Part shown: one piece after another, positions 52,187-61,582 of the stretch
How the letters are laid out: every line of letters begins with the position of its first letter
Numbering within the stretch: position 1 is the stretch's first letter
Assembly: GCA_965223155.1 (NCBI GenBank)
Contig: CBDCVR010000015.1
Span: 987,097 to 1,051,096, forward strand
From: Candidatus Multivoradales bacterium
Lineage (GTDB): Bacteria > Acidobacteriota > Thermoanaerobaculia > Multivoradales > JAHEKO01
Direction: 5' to 3'
DNA length: 64,000 nt
Notes under the pieces: generated by a model
Databases searched by the model: none
What the model was told of the DNA's origin: nothing
The model's input: only the letters and a program-made list of their open reading frames with translations
Position numbers and translations under genes: made by a program

Positions 52187-53284
52187 CTAGATCCGCATCG
52201 GCATGATGACGCACAGGTACCGCTTGTCCGACCCCTCGACCGGATAGCCGATGCACTGCGTGTTCTCATCCTTGAGATCCAGGCGAACGCGGTCGGTATC
52301 GACCGCGTTCAGAAACTGGACGATGTAGTCGGGGTTCATCCCGATCTGGATCTCGCCGCCCTCGAACTCACAGGGCAGCTCCTCGCGGGCCTCTCCCAGG
52401 TCGGGGTTGGTCGCGGTGATGAGGAGATTGCCTTCGGACAGAGACATGCGCACCGCCCGCGCCCGGTCGCCGGTCAGAAGGGCCGCGCGCTGGACCGCTT
52501 GGATCAGCTCCTTGCGATCGAAGAACGCCTGACGGTCGTTGTCCTTCGAGATCACTCGCTCGTAGTCAGGGAACGTTCCTTCCAGGATGCGGCAGATGAG
52601 CTCCCGACCTTCGAGACGAAACGACAGGTGATGGTCGTTGCGGCTGAACTCGATCTCGCCATCGCTCTCGAAACGCTGAAGCTCCTGGAGCGCCTTGCGG
52701 GGTACCAGCACGCCTTCGCCGGCGACACCGCCGTCCAGGTCGTGCTCGACCAGGGCCAAACGGTGACCGTCGGTGGCCACCAGCTCGATGCCGCCGTCGT
52801 TGATCTTGAGCAACGCGCCGTTGAGCTGGAAACGCGACTCCTCGGTCGAGACGGCAAAGAGCACCCGGGCGATGGCTCTCTTGAAGGCCTCAAACGAAAA
52901 CTTGAGACTGCCGTCTGGAGCAACTTCGGGAAGGGTCGGGAAGTCTTCGGCGGCAAGCGTGTTGATCTTGAAGCGGGAGTGTCCGGCTTCGATCCTGAGC
53001 CGCCTTTCGTCCTCGACCGTGAGCGCGACCTCCTCGGCCCCTACCGCGCGCACAATCTCGTGAAACTTGCGCGCCTGGACGGCGACCGCGCCCGGAGCCT
53101 TGACCTCGGCAGGGGCGGACGAAATCAGGGAGACGTCGAGGTCGGTCGAAGCGAAATGCAGACGTTCGTCTTCGGCTCGCAGCAGGATGTGGGACAGGAC
53201 GGGAATCGTCGTCCGCCGCTCGACGATGCCCTGCATAGGGCTGAGCTCGGCCAGAAGGCGGGAACGTTGTACGCGAACTTCCAT
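52187..53284 (-). CDS. dnaN: DNA polymerase III beta sliding clamp
   Basis: 365 aa; three-domain clamp pattern; MEVRVQRSRLLAELSPMQGIVERR; synteny dnaA-dnaN-recF. Confidence 0.9.
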   Translation of the reverse strand: MEVRVQRSRLLAELSPMQGIVERRTTIPVLSHILLRAEDERLHFASTDLDVSLISSAPAEVKAPGAVAVQARKFHEIVRAVGAEEVALTVEDERRLRIEAGHSRFKINTLAAEDFPTLPEVAPDGSLKFSFEAFKRAIARVLFAVSTEESRFQLNGALLKINDGGIELVATDGHRLALVEHDLDGGVAGEGVLVPRKALQELQRFESDGEIEFSRNDHHLSFRLEGRELICRILEGTFPDYERVISKDNDRQAFFDRKELIQAVQRAALLTGDRARAVRMSLSEGNLLITATNPDLGEAREELPCEFEGGEIQIGMNPDYIVQFLNAVDTDRVRLDLKDENTQCIGYPVEGSDKRYLCVIMPMRI

Positions 53285-53550
53285 GGGGTCTACCTCTTCT
53301 TAGGAATATCGGAAATTAGCATAAGTAGTAGTAGTACTAGGGACTGCGGATTGCGGGGATGACGCCGTAAACCGTTTGCTTCGAACGAGGTCCGCAGTCT
53401 CGGGTTCCGGAAGGGAATGCTGAAAAACTGTGCCGGGCGTGCGGAAGAACGGTGCAAGGTCCGAGGCCGGCGGAAGTTTCATCGATCGCTGGACGCTTAT
53501 CCGCAGGATTTTCCGCGTGGCATTCGGGACAGGTGGTCCGGACGATTGCG
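53285..53550. promoter_or_regulatory. dnaA-dnaN intergenic region. Candidate oriC/DUE segment: an AT-rich tract plus a DnaA-box-like TTATCCGCA.
   Basis: ttaggaatatcggaaattagcataagtagtagtagtactag (about 53296-53340) stands out in a ~70% GC genome. cttatccgcagg lies near 53495. Confidence 0.4.
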
Positions 53551-54837
53551 TCAGGACAACTGGCGCTCGAGATGGGTCAGGGTGCGCTTGAGCTCCTGAT
53601 CTTCGTCGGCGCGTTCGGCGATCTTCTCGACCGAGTACATGACGGTCGAGTGATGCTTGTTGTTGAACTCTTTGCCGATCTCCGGATACGACATCTCGGT
53701 GAGCTGCTTACAGAGATACATCGCCACCTGGCGTGGAAAGACGATCTGCTGCGAGTTGTTGCGCGACTTGATCTCCTTGACCTTGAGCCCATAGTGGGCG
53801 GCGACCGCTTTGACGATGTCCTTGGCGGTCAGGCGCGGAGATTCGGGAAGAATGTCCTTGAGGGTTTCCTTGGCGAGTTCGAGCGATAGCGGCCGGCCGG
53901 TGAGCGAGGCAAAGGCGAGGACGCGATTCAGCAGGCCCTCGAGCTCGCGCACGTTCGAGCGCACCTGCTGAGCGATGAAGTGGGCGACCTCGTCCGGCAC
54001 GGTGAGTTGCTCGGTGTCGGCCTTCTTGCGCAGGATCGCGACCTTGGTCTCGAGATCGGGAGACTGGATGTCGGCGATGAGACCCCACTCGAAGCGGCTG
54101 CGCAGACGCTCTTCGAGATCGGGGATGTTCCGGGGCGGAGCGTCCGAGGAGAGGATGATCTGTTTCTGGCCGGTGTAGAGCGTGTTGAAAGTATGAAAGA
54201 ACTCTTCCTGGGTACGCTCCTTGTTGGCCAGGAACTGGATGTCATCGACGAGGAGGACGTCAATCGTGCGGTAGCGCTCGCGAAAGGCCGGCATCCGGTT
54301 GAAGCGAAGCGAGCTGATGAGGTCGTTGACGAACTGCTCGGCGGCCAAGTAGATGATCTTGAGCTCGGGATGCTCGAGCTGAAGGCGGTGCCCGATGGCA
54401 TGGAGCAGATGGGTCTTGCCCAATCCGACGCCGCCGTAGAGGAACAGCGGGTTGTAGCTACGAAAGGGCGTCTCCGCGACCGCGCGCGCGGCGGCATAGG
54501 CGAATTGGTTCGAGTTGCCGACCACGAACGAGTCGAAGACGTAGCGAGGGTTGAACCTGGAGCCCCGGACGGCGGCTCGCTTGGGCGCCGGCTCGGAATC
54601 CTCGACCGAGAATAGAACTTCACAGGGTGCATCGCTCAGGCCGGCGATGGCCCGGTCGACCGCGGGGCGGTAGCTGGCTTCGAGGGTGTTCAGGAAATTG
54701 CCGTTCGGGGCCACAAGCACCAGCCGGTCGGATTCCTCGCGGGCGACCTTGAGGGGCCGGAACCAGGTCGAGAATTCTTCCGGATCCAGCTCGTTTTCGA
54801 GCTGGTTGCGAAGTCGGGACCACAACGAATCAGACAT
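53551..54837 (-). CDS. dnaA: Chromosomal replication initiator DnaA
   Basis: ATG at 54837 with GGGAAGG upstream. AAA+ GGVGLGKTHLLHA, box VII, and the C-terminal DNA-binding helix (VMYSVEKI). Confidence 0.95.
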   Translation of the reverse strand: MSDSLWSRLRNQLENELDPEEFSTWFRPLKVAREESDRLVLVAPNGNFLNTLEASYRPAVDRAIAGLSDAPCEVLFSVEDSEPAPKRAAVRGSRFNPRYVFDSFVVGNSNQFAYAAARAVAETPFRSYNPLFLYGGVGLGKTHLLHAIGHRLQLEHPELKIIYLAAEQFVNDLISSLRFNRMPAFRERYRTIDVLLVDDIQFLANKERTQEEFFHTFNTLYTGQKQIILSSDAPPRNIPDLEERLRSRFEWGLIADIQSPDLETKVAILRKKADTEQLTVPDEVAHFIAQQVRSNVRELEGLLNRVLAFASLTGRPLSLELAKETLKDILPESPRLTAKDIVKAVAAHYGLKVKEIKSRNNSQQIVFPRQVAMYLCKQLTEMSYPEIGKEFNNKHHSTVMYSVEKIAERADEDQELKRTLTHLERQLS

Positions 54838-55309
54838 AACCTTCCCTCTCGGCAACTTTCCACATTCTGTGGAATAGTTGTGGAAAACCGCCGTACCGGT
54901 ACGCGCCGCTCGGGCTTGGGACTCAGGCGGGACAGAGCTACGTTACCACAGCTTGCAAGGGCCGGCCAGCGGCCCGGAAATGTCCTTTTTCGACGCTCGG
55001 TTAGCGGCTCTTTCGAACTTGGCACGGGTCGTGCTTATTTGAGAGGGCAGTAGAGTTTTGGGTTATTCGGGGAGGTCCACCCTCACACCAATTTCCTACC
55101 CTATCTAGGAGTTTCGGCTCTTCAAGTCACCAAGTTACCCGCCAAGTTCCCCTTTCTACAGGGGTAGAGCCAACAAGCCAACCACCTAGGACCTCCCCCG
55201 GTAACCGTTCTCTCAGCCTTCCCTTTTTTCCCTTAGACTCGGGCGATTTTCCCGGCGAACGGCCGAATGGGCCGCGCCATTTTGGCCGCCATCCAGGCGG
55301 CAACGCCCG
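54838..55309. promoter_or_regulatory. dnaA upstream region with three clustered DnaA-box-like 9-mers and a lower-GC tract. Candidate oriC / dnaA autoregulatory region.
   Basis: Three DnaA-box-like 9-mers: ctttccaca at 54856-54864 and, as reverse complements, tgtggaata at 54868-54876 and tgtggaaaa at 54879-54887; each is within 1-3 mismatches of TTATCCACA. AT-richer sequence lies around 55020-55250. Gene-strand polarity switches here: dnaA, dnaN, recF and gyrB are minus to the left, and mutY is plus to the right. Confidence 0.5.
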
Positions 55310-56443
55310 ATGCCCGATTCGCCGGCCAGCCGACACCAGCTCGACCACCCGCGCACTCGGTCCAAGAAGAGCCCGGGACGTCGACTCCTCGATTGGTTCG
55401 CCGCCAACCGGCGCGAGCTGCCCTGGCGGCGGAACCGTGACCCGTACCGGGTCTGGGTCTCCGAGGTGATGCTTCAGCAGACCCGCGTGGAGACCGTTCT
55501 GGGCTACTACGAGGGCTTCCTGGAACGCTTCCCGACCATCGATTCGCTGGCTCGGGCGGAGCTCGAAGAGGTTCTGGCGGCCTGGTCGGGCCTGGGCTAC
55601 TACCGGCGGGCACGGCTCCTCCACCGTTCGGCGCAAGCGGTAGCCGAAGCCGGAAGCTTTCCGGTCGGGTACGAAGCCTGGCGTGAGCTTTCAGGAATAG
55701 GCGAGTACACCGCGGCCGCTCTCGCGAGCCAGCTCGACGGCGAGGCCCGGCTAGCGGTCGACGGCAACGTGGAGCGGGTCGTGAGCCGGCTGATTGCCTA
55801 CGAGGGCGATCCCCGCTCGGCCGAGGGCCGGCGGCTGATCGTCGAGGCGGGAAGCGCGCTTCTGGATGCCGAGACGCCGGGCACTTCGAACGAGGCCCTG
55901 ATCGAGCTGGGCGCCACAGTATGCACGGCGAGAAGGCCCGCCTGCGCAAGCTGCTCGCTCGCCGCCGGCTGCGGATCTTTCGAGCAAGACATCGCCGAGC
56001 TCCTGCCCGTGCGCTCGCCGCGGCGGCCGATCGAGACCGAGAGGCGATTGGTCGTAGTGGCGCGTGATGATCGCGGCAGGACTCTTCTGTTCCGGCGGGC
56101 CGAGGACGCCGAGGTCCTGGCCGGCACCTGGGAGCTCCCCTGGATCGAGCTCGACGGGCCGGAGCCAAGACCGGTATCCAGCCGGAGCGCCGGCGCGCGG
56201 CTGCGCTCACGCTACGGCGGAGTCTGGAAGCTGGGCCGGGACCTGGGAAGCGCTCGCCATGCCATCACCTTCCGACGTCTGGAGCTCGAAGCCTTCGAGG
56301 CGTTGGCGAGCTTCGAGACCGACGGCGAGGTGAGCGAGGTGGCGGAGGGTCCGCTCGGGCGCTACCTCGCCGCCGCCGAGCTGGCGCGACTCCCCCGTTC
56401 GTCTCTGGTCGAGAAGATCCTGGCGCTCGCGGGCGACTCGTGA
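55310..56443 (+). CDS. mutY: A/G-specific adenine DNA glycosylase MutY
   Basis: HhH-GPD domain, the [4Fe-4S] Cys cluster CTARRPACASCSLAAGC, and a C-terminal NUDIX-like domain. Confidence 0.85.
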   Translation: MPDSPASRHQLDHPRTRSKKSPGRRLLDWFAANRRELPWRRNRDPYRVWVSEVMLQQTRVETVLGYYEGFLERFPTIDSLARAELEEVLAAWSGLGYYRRARLLHRSAQAVAEAGSFPVGYEAWRELSGIGEYTAAALASQLDGEARLAVDGNVERVVSRLIAYEGDPRSAEGRRLIVEAGSALLDAETPGTSNEALIELGATVCTARRPACASCSLAAGCGSFEQDIAELLPVRSPRRPIETERRLVVVARDDRGRTLLFRRAEDAEVLAGTWELPWIELDGPEPRPVSSRSAGARLRSRYGGVWKLGRDLGSARHAITFRRLELEAFEALASFETDGEVSEVAEGPLGRYLAAAELARLPRSSLVEKILALAGDS

Positions 56444-56452
56444 AGCCAGCCG

Positions 56453-56471
56453 GTCCTTCGCGCCGAAGGCC
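56453..56471. terminator. Hairpin between convergent mutY and the cNMP-binding protein gene (candidate bidirectional terminator, no clear U-tract)
   Basis: GGTCCTTCG-cgc-CGAAGGCC. Confidence 0.3.
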
Positions 56472-56485
56472 AGACCGCGGCTTGT

Positions 56486-57484
56486 TCAGGGCAGCTCGAG
56501 CGACGGGTCGATGTCGCCGCCGGCCAGGAGGAACCAGCCGACCAGCTTCTCTTCCAGCTCGCGGATACGCTTGGCGGCGAGCGAAGTCAGGATGCTCAAG
56601 AGACGTACCGAGGAGACCTTGTCGATGTCGAGCAGCCCTTCGACCACCGAACGCGGCAGGGCCAGCACGGTTACCGCCTCGTCGGGATGGGCGCGGGCGT
56701 CGGCCGAGCGGGATCGGTGGTCGATCAGCGCCATCTCGCCGAAGTACTCGCCACGTTCCAGAAACGCCAGCGCCTCCTCGCCGATGCCGGGGATGTTCTT
56801 GCTGATCATGACCGTGCCTTCGGCGACGACGTACATCTTGTCCCCGGTCTCGCCCTCGCGAAAGATCGGCTGGCCGGGCTCGAAATGCTCTTCACGGGAC
56901 AGGGACGCCAGGAAGTTGATCTCCATCGGCGACAGGCGCTGCTCGCGAAAGAGATCGACCTTGTGCCCCATGTTCATGTCGCTGGCCGAGGTCGGCCGAT
57001 CGTGGGCGGGCTTGGTCAGATGCGGCATCTGGGAGTCCGAAGCGAAGATGCGGATCAAGCGGTCGTTCGACAGGCGGAGTTTCCTCGACAGGCTCTTCCA
57101 GAGTGCCCAGTGGAGGGCGAGCTCGAGGCGAGCGTCATCGGCGATGGCCCCGGCCACTTTCGGAGCGTCGAAAACCACCACGTTGGCATCTTCCAGAATC
57201 TCCGCGTCGCCTTCCCGGGTAGCGGCGGTCAGGAAGCCGTCCTCGCCGAAGAGATCGCCGGAGCGCGGGATGAAGAGCTCGAAGCTGCCGAAGGCGGTCA
57301 TGCGGCGGACGCGGATATCGCCGTCTTCGAGCAGGAAGAAGTCTCCCGGAGCGTCGCCTTCGTTGAAGACCAGGCCGCCGGCTTCGAAGGAGCACGGCGA
57401 GAGACACTCGCTCAAGAGGGTCAGCTCGCGCGGTCCGAAGTGGGAAAAGGTATCTAGGAGGTGGAGGCGCTCGGCGTTCTGCAA
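56486..57484 (-). CDS. Protein with two tandem cyclic-nucleotide-binding (CAP_ED) domains
   Basis: Two cNMP-binding-like segments (FGEDGFL ... and GEYFGEMALID ... RSADARA), each with the FGE/RSA phosphate-binding cassette pattern. 332 aa. Confidence 0.7.
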   Translation of the reverse strand: MQNAERLHLLDTFSHFGPRELTLLSECLSPCSFEAGGLVFNEGDAPGDFFLLEDGDIRVRRMTAFGSFELFIPRSGDLFGEDGFLTAATREGDAEILEDANVVVFDAPKVAGAIADDARLELALHWALWKSLSRKLRLSNDRLIRIFASDSQMPHLTKPAHDRPTSASDMNMGHKVDLFREQRLSPMEINFLASLSREEHFEPGQPIFREGETGDKMYVVAEGTVMISKNIPGIGEEALAFLERGEYFGEMALIDHRSRSADARAHPDEAVTVLALPRSVVEGLLDIDKVSSVRLLSILTSLAAKRIRELEEKLVGWFLLAGGDIDPSLELP

Positions 57485-57509
57485 GACCGGACCATTCTAC
57501 GGCTCCGGC

Positions 57510-58076
57510 TCAGGAAACCGGAAAGCGTTCGAGGATTGCCGACTCGGCGCGGCCCAGCCAACGGTCGCGCTCGTTCGGGTCGAGACGCACAACGGCGAGA
57601 TTTCGCTCCCGGATCTCGGCCAGGAGCCTTGTGTCGACCGCGGTCTGGAAGTCGGGATCGGTCGCCCGCACGCCGTCGGCCGAGGGCGGCTCGACGATGG
57701 GCACGTGGACGAGCAGATCGTAGGATGCCATCCAGGCGCCGACCACCGGCTCGAGCGAAGCCTGAGGGCCGTCGGCCAGGAGAAGGTAGACGTAATTGTC
57801 CAGAAGACTGCGATCGCACAGGACCGCGGGATACCGGGCCGAAGCAGAGAGCTCCTCGGCGATCTGGGTATGAAGAATCCAGGACTGAGCTTCGAGGCTG
57901 GTCTGCTCGTTGATGGGCAAGGGACAGCGGCGGGCGACTTCGTGGACGACCTCGAGGGCGACGTCGCGCGCCTTGAGCCGGGCCGCGAGGCCGTAGCAGA
58001 GGGTGGTCTTGCCGACCCCGTGGCTGCCGATGAAGGCGACCTTGAACCCCTGGCTGTCAGGCGCGGCTATGGGCAT
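57510..58076 (-). CDS. AAA_28 / NadR-like P-loop NTPase
   Basis: Walker A FIGSHGVGKTTL; 188 aa; overall similarity to the nucleoside-kinase-like ATPase domain. Its start codon lies 5 nt inside the divergent DUF4157 gene. Confidence 0.6.
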   Translation of the reverse strand: MPIAAPDSQGFKVAFIGSHGVGKTTLCYGLAARLKARDVALEVVHEVARRCPLPINEQTSLEAQSWILHTQIAEELSASARYPAVLCDRSLLDNYVYLLLADGPQASLEPVVGAWMASYDLLVHVPIVEPPSADGVRATDPDFQTAVDTRLLAEIRERNLAVVRLDPNERDRWLGRAESAILERFPVS

Positions 58077-58614
58077 CGCGAGATTCTATGCCGCTGGGTG
58101 GGTGATGCTGGCTGAGACCGCGTTTCGCCCCCGCTACCGGCTGGGCGTGGTGGGCGCCTGGGTGCGGCTCGCGGAGATCCTCCTAGGAACCGACCTGGGC
58201 CGGGTGCGGCTGGAAGGCGGCACGGTGGCCCGGGCGCTCGCACGCCTCTGCGGCGCCCAGGCGGTGACCCTGGGCTCGCGGGTGGTCTTTGCCCGGGAGG
58301 CCTGGCGGGACCTCCAGGCGGGCCGCGACCGAGGCCTGGCCCTGGTGTTTCACGAGCTCGCCCACGTGGCTCAGATCCGGCGCCTGGGCCGATTCGGCCT
58401 GGCGCGGTTTCTGGGGCGCTATCTGGGCGAGTACTTGGCCGGTCGAGTCCGGGGGCTGAACCATGGCGCCGCCTACCGGGCGATTTCGTTCGAGCGCGAG
58501 GCGCATGCGCTCGAGGCCCGGGCTCTCTGCTGGATCGAAGCGGGAGTGCTGACACCCGCGGTGGGCCGCGGGTCGGCCGCCGTCCGGCCTGGAGGCGAAG
58601 GACGCCAGAGCTAG
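58069..58614 (+). CDS. DUF4157 (zincin-like HExxH) domain protein
   Basis: ATG at 58069 (the ORF track starts at GTG 58003, which overlaps the ATPase gene). LVFHELAHVAQ is an HExxH motif within a DUF4157-type context. Its stop overlaps the recR stop. Confidence 0.55.
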   Translation: MGIARFYAAGWVMLAETAFRPRYRLGVVGAWVRLAEILLGTDLGRVRLEGGTVARALARLCGAQAVTLGSRVVFAREAWRDLQAGRDRGLALVFHELAHVAQIRRLGRFGLARFLGRYLGEYLAGRVRGLNHGAAYRAISFEREAHALEARALCWIEAGVLTPAVGRGSAAVRPGGEGRQS

Positions 58615-59219
58615 AGATTTCGCCGTCCGAGGAGCGAGCGCGCCAGGGTGACCTCGTCGGTGTACTCGATGTCCCCGCCCACCGGCATGCCGAAGGCTAG
58701 GCGCGAGACCTTGAGGTCGCGGTCGGCGAGGAGGCGCGCCAGGTAAAGGGCCGTCGCTTCTCCTTCGACGTCCGGGTTGGTCGCCAGAATCACCTCGGCG
58801 ACGCCTTCGAGCCGGTCTAGGAGCTCGTCGACGCGGAGCTCGCCCGGGCCGACGCCGCGCTGGGGCGAGAGCACCCCGTCCAAGACATGGTAGAGGCCGC
58901 GATACTCACCGGTGCGTTCGAGCGGCAGGATGTTGAACGGCTGTTCGACCACGCACAGGACGGAGCCGTCCCGGCTGGGGTCGGAGCAGTACCGGCAGGG
59001 ATCCTCTTCGGTCAGCGAGAAACACGTCGAGCAGGAGCGGAGCCGATCCTTGACCTCGACCAGAGCGCGGGCAAGCTCTTCGGCCCGCGAGCGGTCGGCC
59101 TTGACTACGTGCTGAGCCAGGCGTACGGCGGTCTTGGGTCCGATGCCCGGTAACCGGGCGAGTTCGGCCACCAGATGGCCGAAGGGATCTCTCGGGGTTG
59201 CTGGAGTTGTCGGTGGCAT
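58611..59219 (-). CDS. recR: Recombination protein RecR
   Basis: HhH (LPGIGPKTAVRLA), C4 zinc finger (CSTCFSLTEEDPCRYC), Toprim. 202 aa. Confidence 0.9.
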   Translation of the reverse strand: MPPTTPATPRDPFGHLVAELARLPGIGPKTAVRLAQHVVKADRSRAEELARALVEVKDRLRSCSTCFSLTEEDPCRYCSDPSRDGSVLCVVEQPFNILPLERTGEYRGLYHVLDGVLSPQRGVGPGELRVDELLDRLEGVAEVILATNPDVEGEATALYLARLLADRDLKVSRLAFGMPVGGDIEYTDEVTLARSLLGRRNL

Positions 59220-59266
59220 GCTCTAGGCTTTGAGCCGTCGCCGCGATGTCGCGACAAGGCGGGCCG

Positions 59267-59560
59267 TCAGAAGAGGCCCGGAAGGCCCCCTCCGAGGTTG
59301 CCGACCGAGCTCTGGACCGCCTCATCGACCTTGCGGGTGGCGTCGTTGACGGCGGCCAGAACCAGGTCCGCGAGCATGTCGGCGTCGTCCCCGGACAGAA
59401 CCTCGGGGTCGATCGTGACCGACAGAAGCTCCTTCTTGCCGTTCATGGTCACCGTCACCATGCCGCCGCCGGCGCTCGATTCGATCGAGAGGTCGGCCAG
59501 CTCGCGCTCGAGCTGAGCCTGCATCTGCTGGGCCTGTTTCATGAGTTGCTTGATCTTCAT
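59267..59560 (-). CDS. ybaB: Nucleoid-associated protein YbaB/EbfC
   Basis: ATG at 59560: MKIKQLMKQAQQMQAQLERELADL ... GGGMVTVTMNGKKEL. 97 aa. The ORF track over-extends to 59830 in the same frame. Confidence 0.9.
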   Translation of the reverse strand: MKIKQLMKQAQQMQAQLERELADLSIESSAGGGMVTVTMNGKKELLSVTIDPEVLSGDDADMLADLVLAAVNDATRKVDEAVQSSVGNLGGGLPGLF

Positions 59561-59631
59561 CGTCGGTCTCGCTCGTTTGCAGTCTAAGGAAAGGGGCCGC
59601 GCGTCAGAGCAAAGCGGCGGCCGTGGACTCT

Positions 59632-61572
59632 TCAGTCGGTCTCGGTTGGCTCGACGGATTCGATCGAGCCGCCGAAGATATCCAAGACGGCTTGGACCCG
59701 GGGGTCGTCGACCCGGGGCGGCTGGGCGTCCTGGAATCCGGTCTGAACGCCGCCGGCACCGCCTTCGCTCGCTTCGGGGGTTCCCGCCGCCGGGGCGTCG
59801 ATGAGGCGCCAGGCGGAACCGGCACCCCAAGTCGCGGCCAGCGCGGCTTCGAGAATCTTCTTGTTGGAGGTTCGGGCCAGCCGGTCCCGCAGCCAGGTGT
59901 CCCCGGCCTCGACCGCGATCTCGAGGGTTCCGTCGCGGAAGGCGAGCGAGCGGGCGCCGCTCAAGTGGGCCGCGAGCGCCTGGCGTTCCTTGCTCACCCG
60001 AGCCACGAAGCCTTCGACGTTGGCGCCGAAACCGTTGCCCTCGTCTGCGGGCCCGCTCGCGCTCCCGGGTGCCCCGTCGGTCTTCGCCGATGCCGGAGCC
60101 GATGCCGGAGCCGCCACCGCAGCTTCTTCTCCGAGAGGCGGAGGCGTGTCGGCCGCGGGTGCGGCTCGGTCGCTCGCCAGCTCCGGGCCACGGTCCGTTG
60201 TCGACTCGGCCGCCCGGGGCGGTTCGGCCTCCTCCGTCTCTTGGGCCCGCTTGGTGGGCTTGGCCGGCTCTGCTGGCTCAGCTGGCTTCGCTGGCTTCGA
60301 TAACCCGGCTGGCTCAGCTGGCTCCGATGCCCCGGGCGGTGGCGCCGGGCGCGCCTTCCGGGCCGGCCTCGGGGCGGCGGCGGCGCGCATCTTCGAGCCT
60401 TCGCCGCTTCCAGGGCTCTTGGCCGCCGGGTCGGCTTCGAGCAGAGGACCTGAGCCGCCGCTCAGAAGCTCCTCGATCGCGACCAGCCGAGGCAACTCGG
60501 CGGCGCGCAGCCAGGCGATCTCGAGGGCCAGCGAGGCGCTCTCGCTCCGACGCACCGACTCCTCGCTTTGGAGGAGCAAGTAGATGGCGCGCAGGAGGTT
60601 CTCGTAGCCGACCCCCTGGGCCAGCTTGCGCAGGGCTTCGGCCGCTTCGCCCGTGGTCTCGAGCTGGGAGGTGTCCGTGCCCAGCGCCAGACGCAGGGCC
60701 ATGCGGCAGTACGCCAGGAACTCGGAGAAGACGAAGCGCGGATCCCAGCCTTCGGTCTCGATGCGGCTCACGACCTCCGAAAGGTGCGCGCCGTCGCCCT
60801 TGGCGATCGCTTCCAGAACCCCGTGAAAGATTTCCGGGTCGAGCCCGCCCAGGAGCCGGGCCGCGTCGTCGTCTTCAATCGAGCCCGAGCCGAAGGTGGC
60901 GAGCTGATCCAAGAGCGCCACGCTGTCGCGGACCGAGCCGTCGCCGGCGCGGGCGATGATCCGGAGCGCCGCTGGCCCCACGGCGATCTCCTCGGATCCG
61001 GCCAGGAAGGCCAGATGCTCGGCCAGCTCGTCGAGCGCGACCCGGCGAAAGCGAAAATCCTGGCACCGGGACAAGAGCGTCGCCGGCACCGCGTCGGCCT
61101 CGGTGGTGGCGAAGATGAAGACCAGGTGGTCGGGGGGCTCCTCGACGATCTTGAGCAGGGCGTCGAAGGCCTGGCGCGAGAGGCGGTGGATCTCGTCCAG
61201 GATCACGACCTTGTAGCGGTCCCGCGCCGGGCCGTACTTGAGGCTCTCGTTCAGCTCGCGCACCTGCTCGACCTTTGAGTAGGTGGCGGCGTCGTGCTCG
61301 ATGACGTCGAAATCCGAACCGCCGGTGATCTCGCGGCAGGTCGCGCAGTCGTTACAGGGATTCGCCGCCGGGCCGTTTTCGCAGTTGAGCGCCTTGGCCA
61401 GGATGCGCGCGACGCTGGTCTTGCCGACGCCGCGGATGCCCGAGAAGAGATACGCCTGGGCGATGCGGCCATCCGAAAGCGCGTTCTGGAGCGCCCTCAC
61501 GACCGGAGCCTGCCCGACGACGCTGTCGAAATCTTGCGGCCGCCACTTGCGGGCCAGGACCTGGTAGCTCAT
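59632..61572 (-). CDS. dnaX: DNA polymerase III subunits gamma/tau
   Basis: AAA+ Walker A GIRGVGKTSVARILAKALNC, zinc module, tau-specific C-terminal region. Contains a long in-frame repeat tract (PAEPAKP type). Confidence 0.9.
   Translation of the reverse strand: MSYQVLARKWRPQDFDSVVGQAPVVRALQNALSDGRIAQAYLFSGIRGVGKTSVARILAKALNCENGPAANPCNDCATCREITGGSDFDVIEHDAATYSKVEQVRELNESLKYGPARDRYKVVILDEIHRLSRQAFDALLKIVEEPPDHLVFIFATTEADAVPATLLSRCQDFRFRRVALDELAEHLAFLAGSEEIAVGPAALRIIARAGDGSVRDSVALLDQLATFGSGSIEDDDAARLLGGLDPEIFHGVLEAIAKGDGAHLSEVVSRIETEGWDPRFVFSEFLAYCRMALRLALGTDTSQLETTGEAAEALRKLAQGVGYENLLRAIYLLLQSEESVRRSESASLALEIAWLRAAELPRLVAIEELLSGGSGPLLEADPAAKSPGSGEGSKMRAAAAPRPARKARPAPPPGASEPAEPAGLSKPAKPAEPAEPAKPTKRAQETEEAEPPRAAESTTDRGPELASDRAAPAADTPPPLGEEAAVAAPASAPASAKTDGAPGSASGPADEGNGFGANVEGFVARVSKERQALAAHLSGARSLAFRDGTLEIAVEAGDTWLRDRLARTSNKKILEAALAATWGAGSAWRLIDAPAAGTPEASEGGAGGVQTGFQDAQPPRVDDPRVQAVLDIFGGSIESVEPTETD
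60264..60327. repeat. GCTGGCT-type 9-bp tandem repeat tract (about 6 units) inside dnaX
   Basis: ggctctgctggctcagctggcttcgctggcttcgataacccggctggctcagctggctccg. Confidence 0.85.
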
Positions 61573-61582
61573 CGATAGACGA

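Noticed and set aside
59632-61572. Programmed -1 frameshift site (A AAA AAG-type) in dnaX for the gamma subunit
   Set aside because: No A/T-rich heptamer slippery sequence was seen in the dnaX frame in this GC-rich gene.
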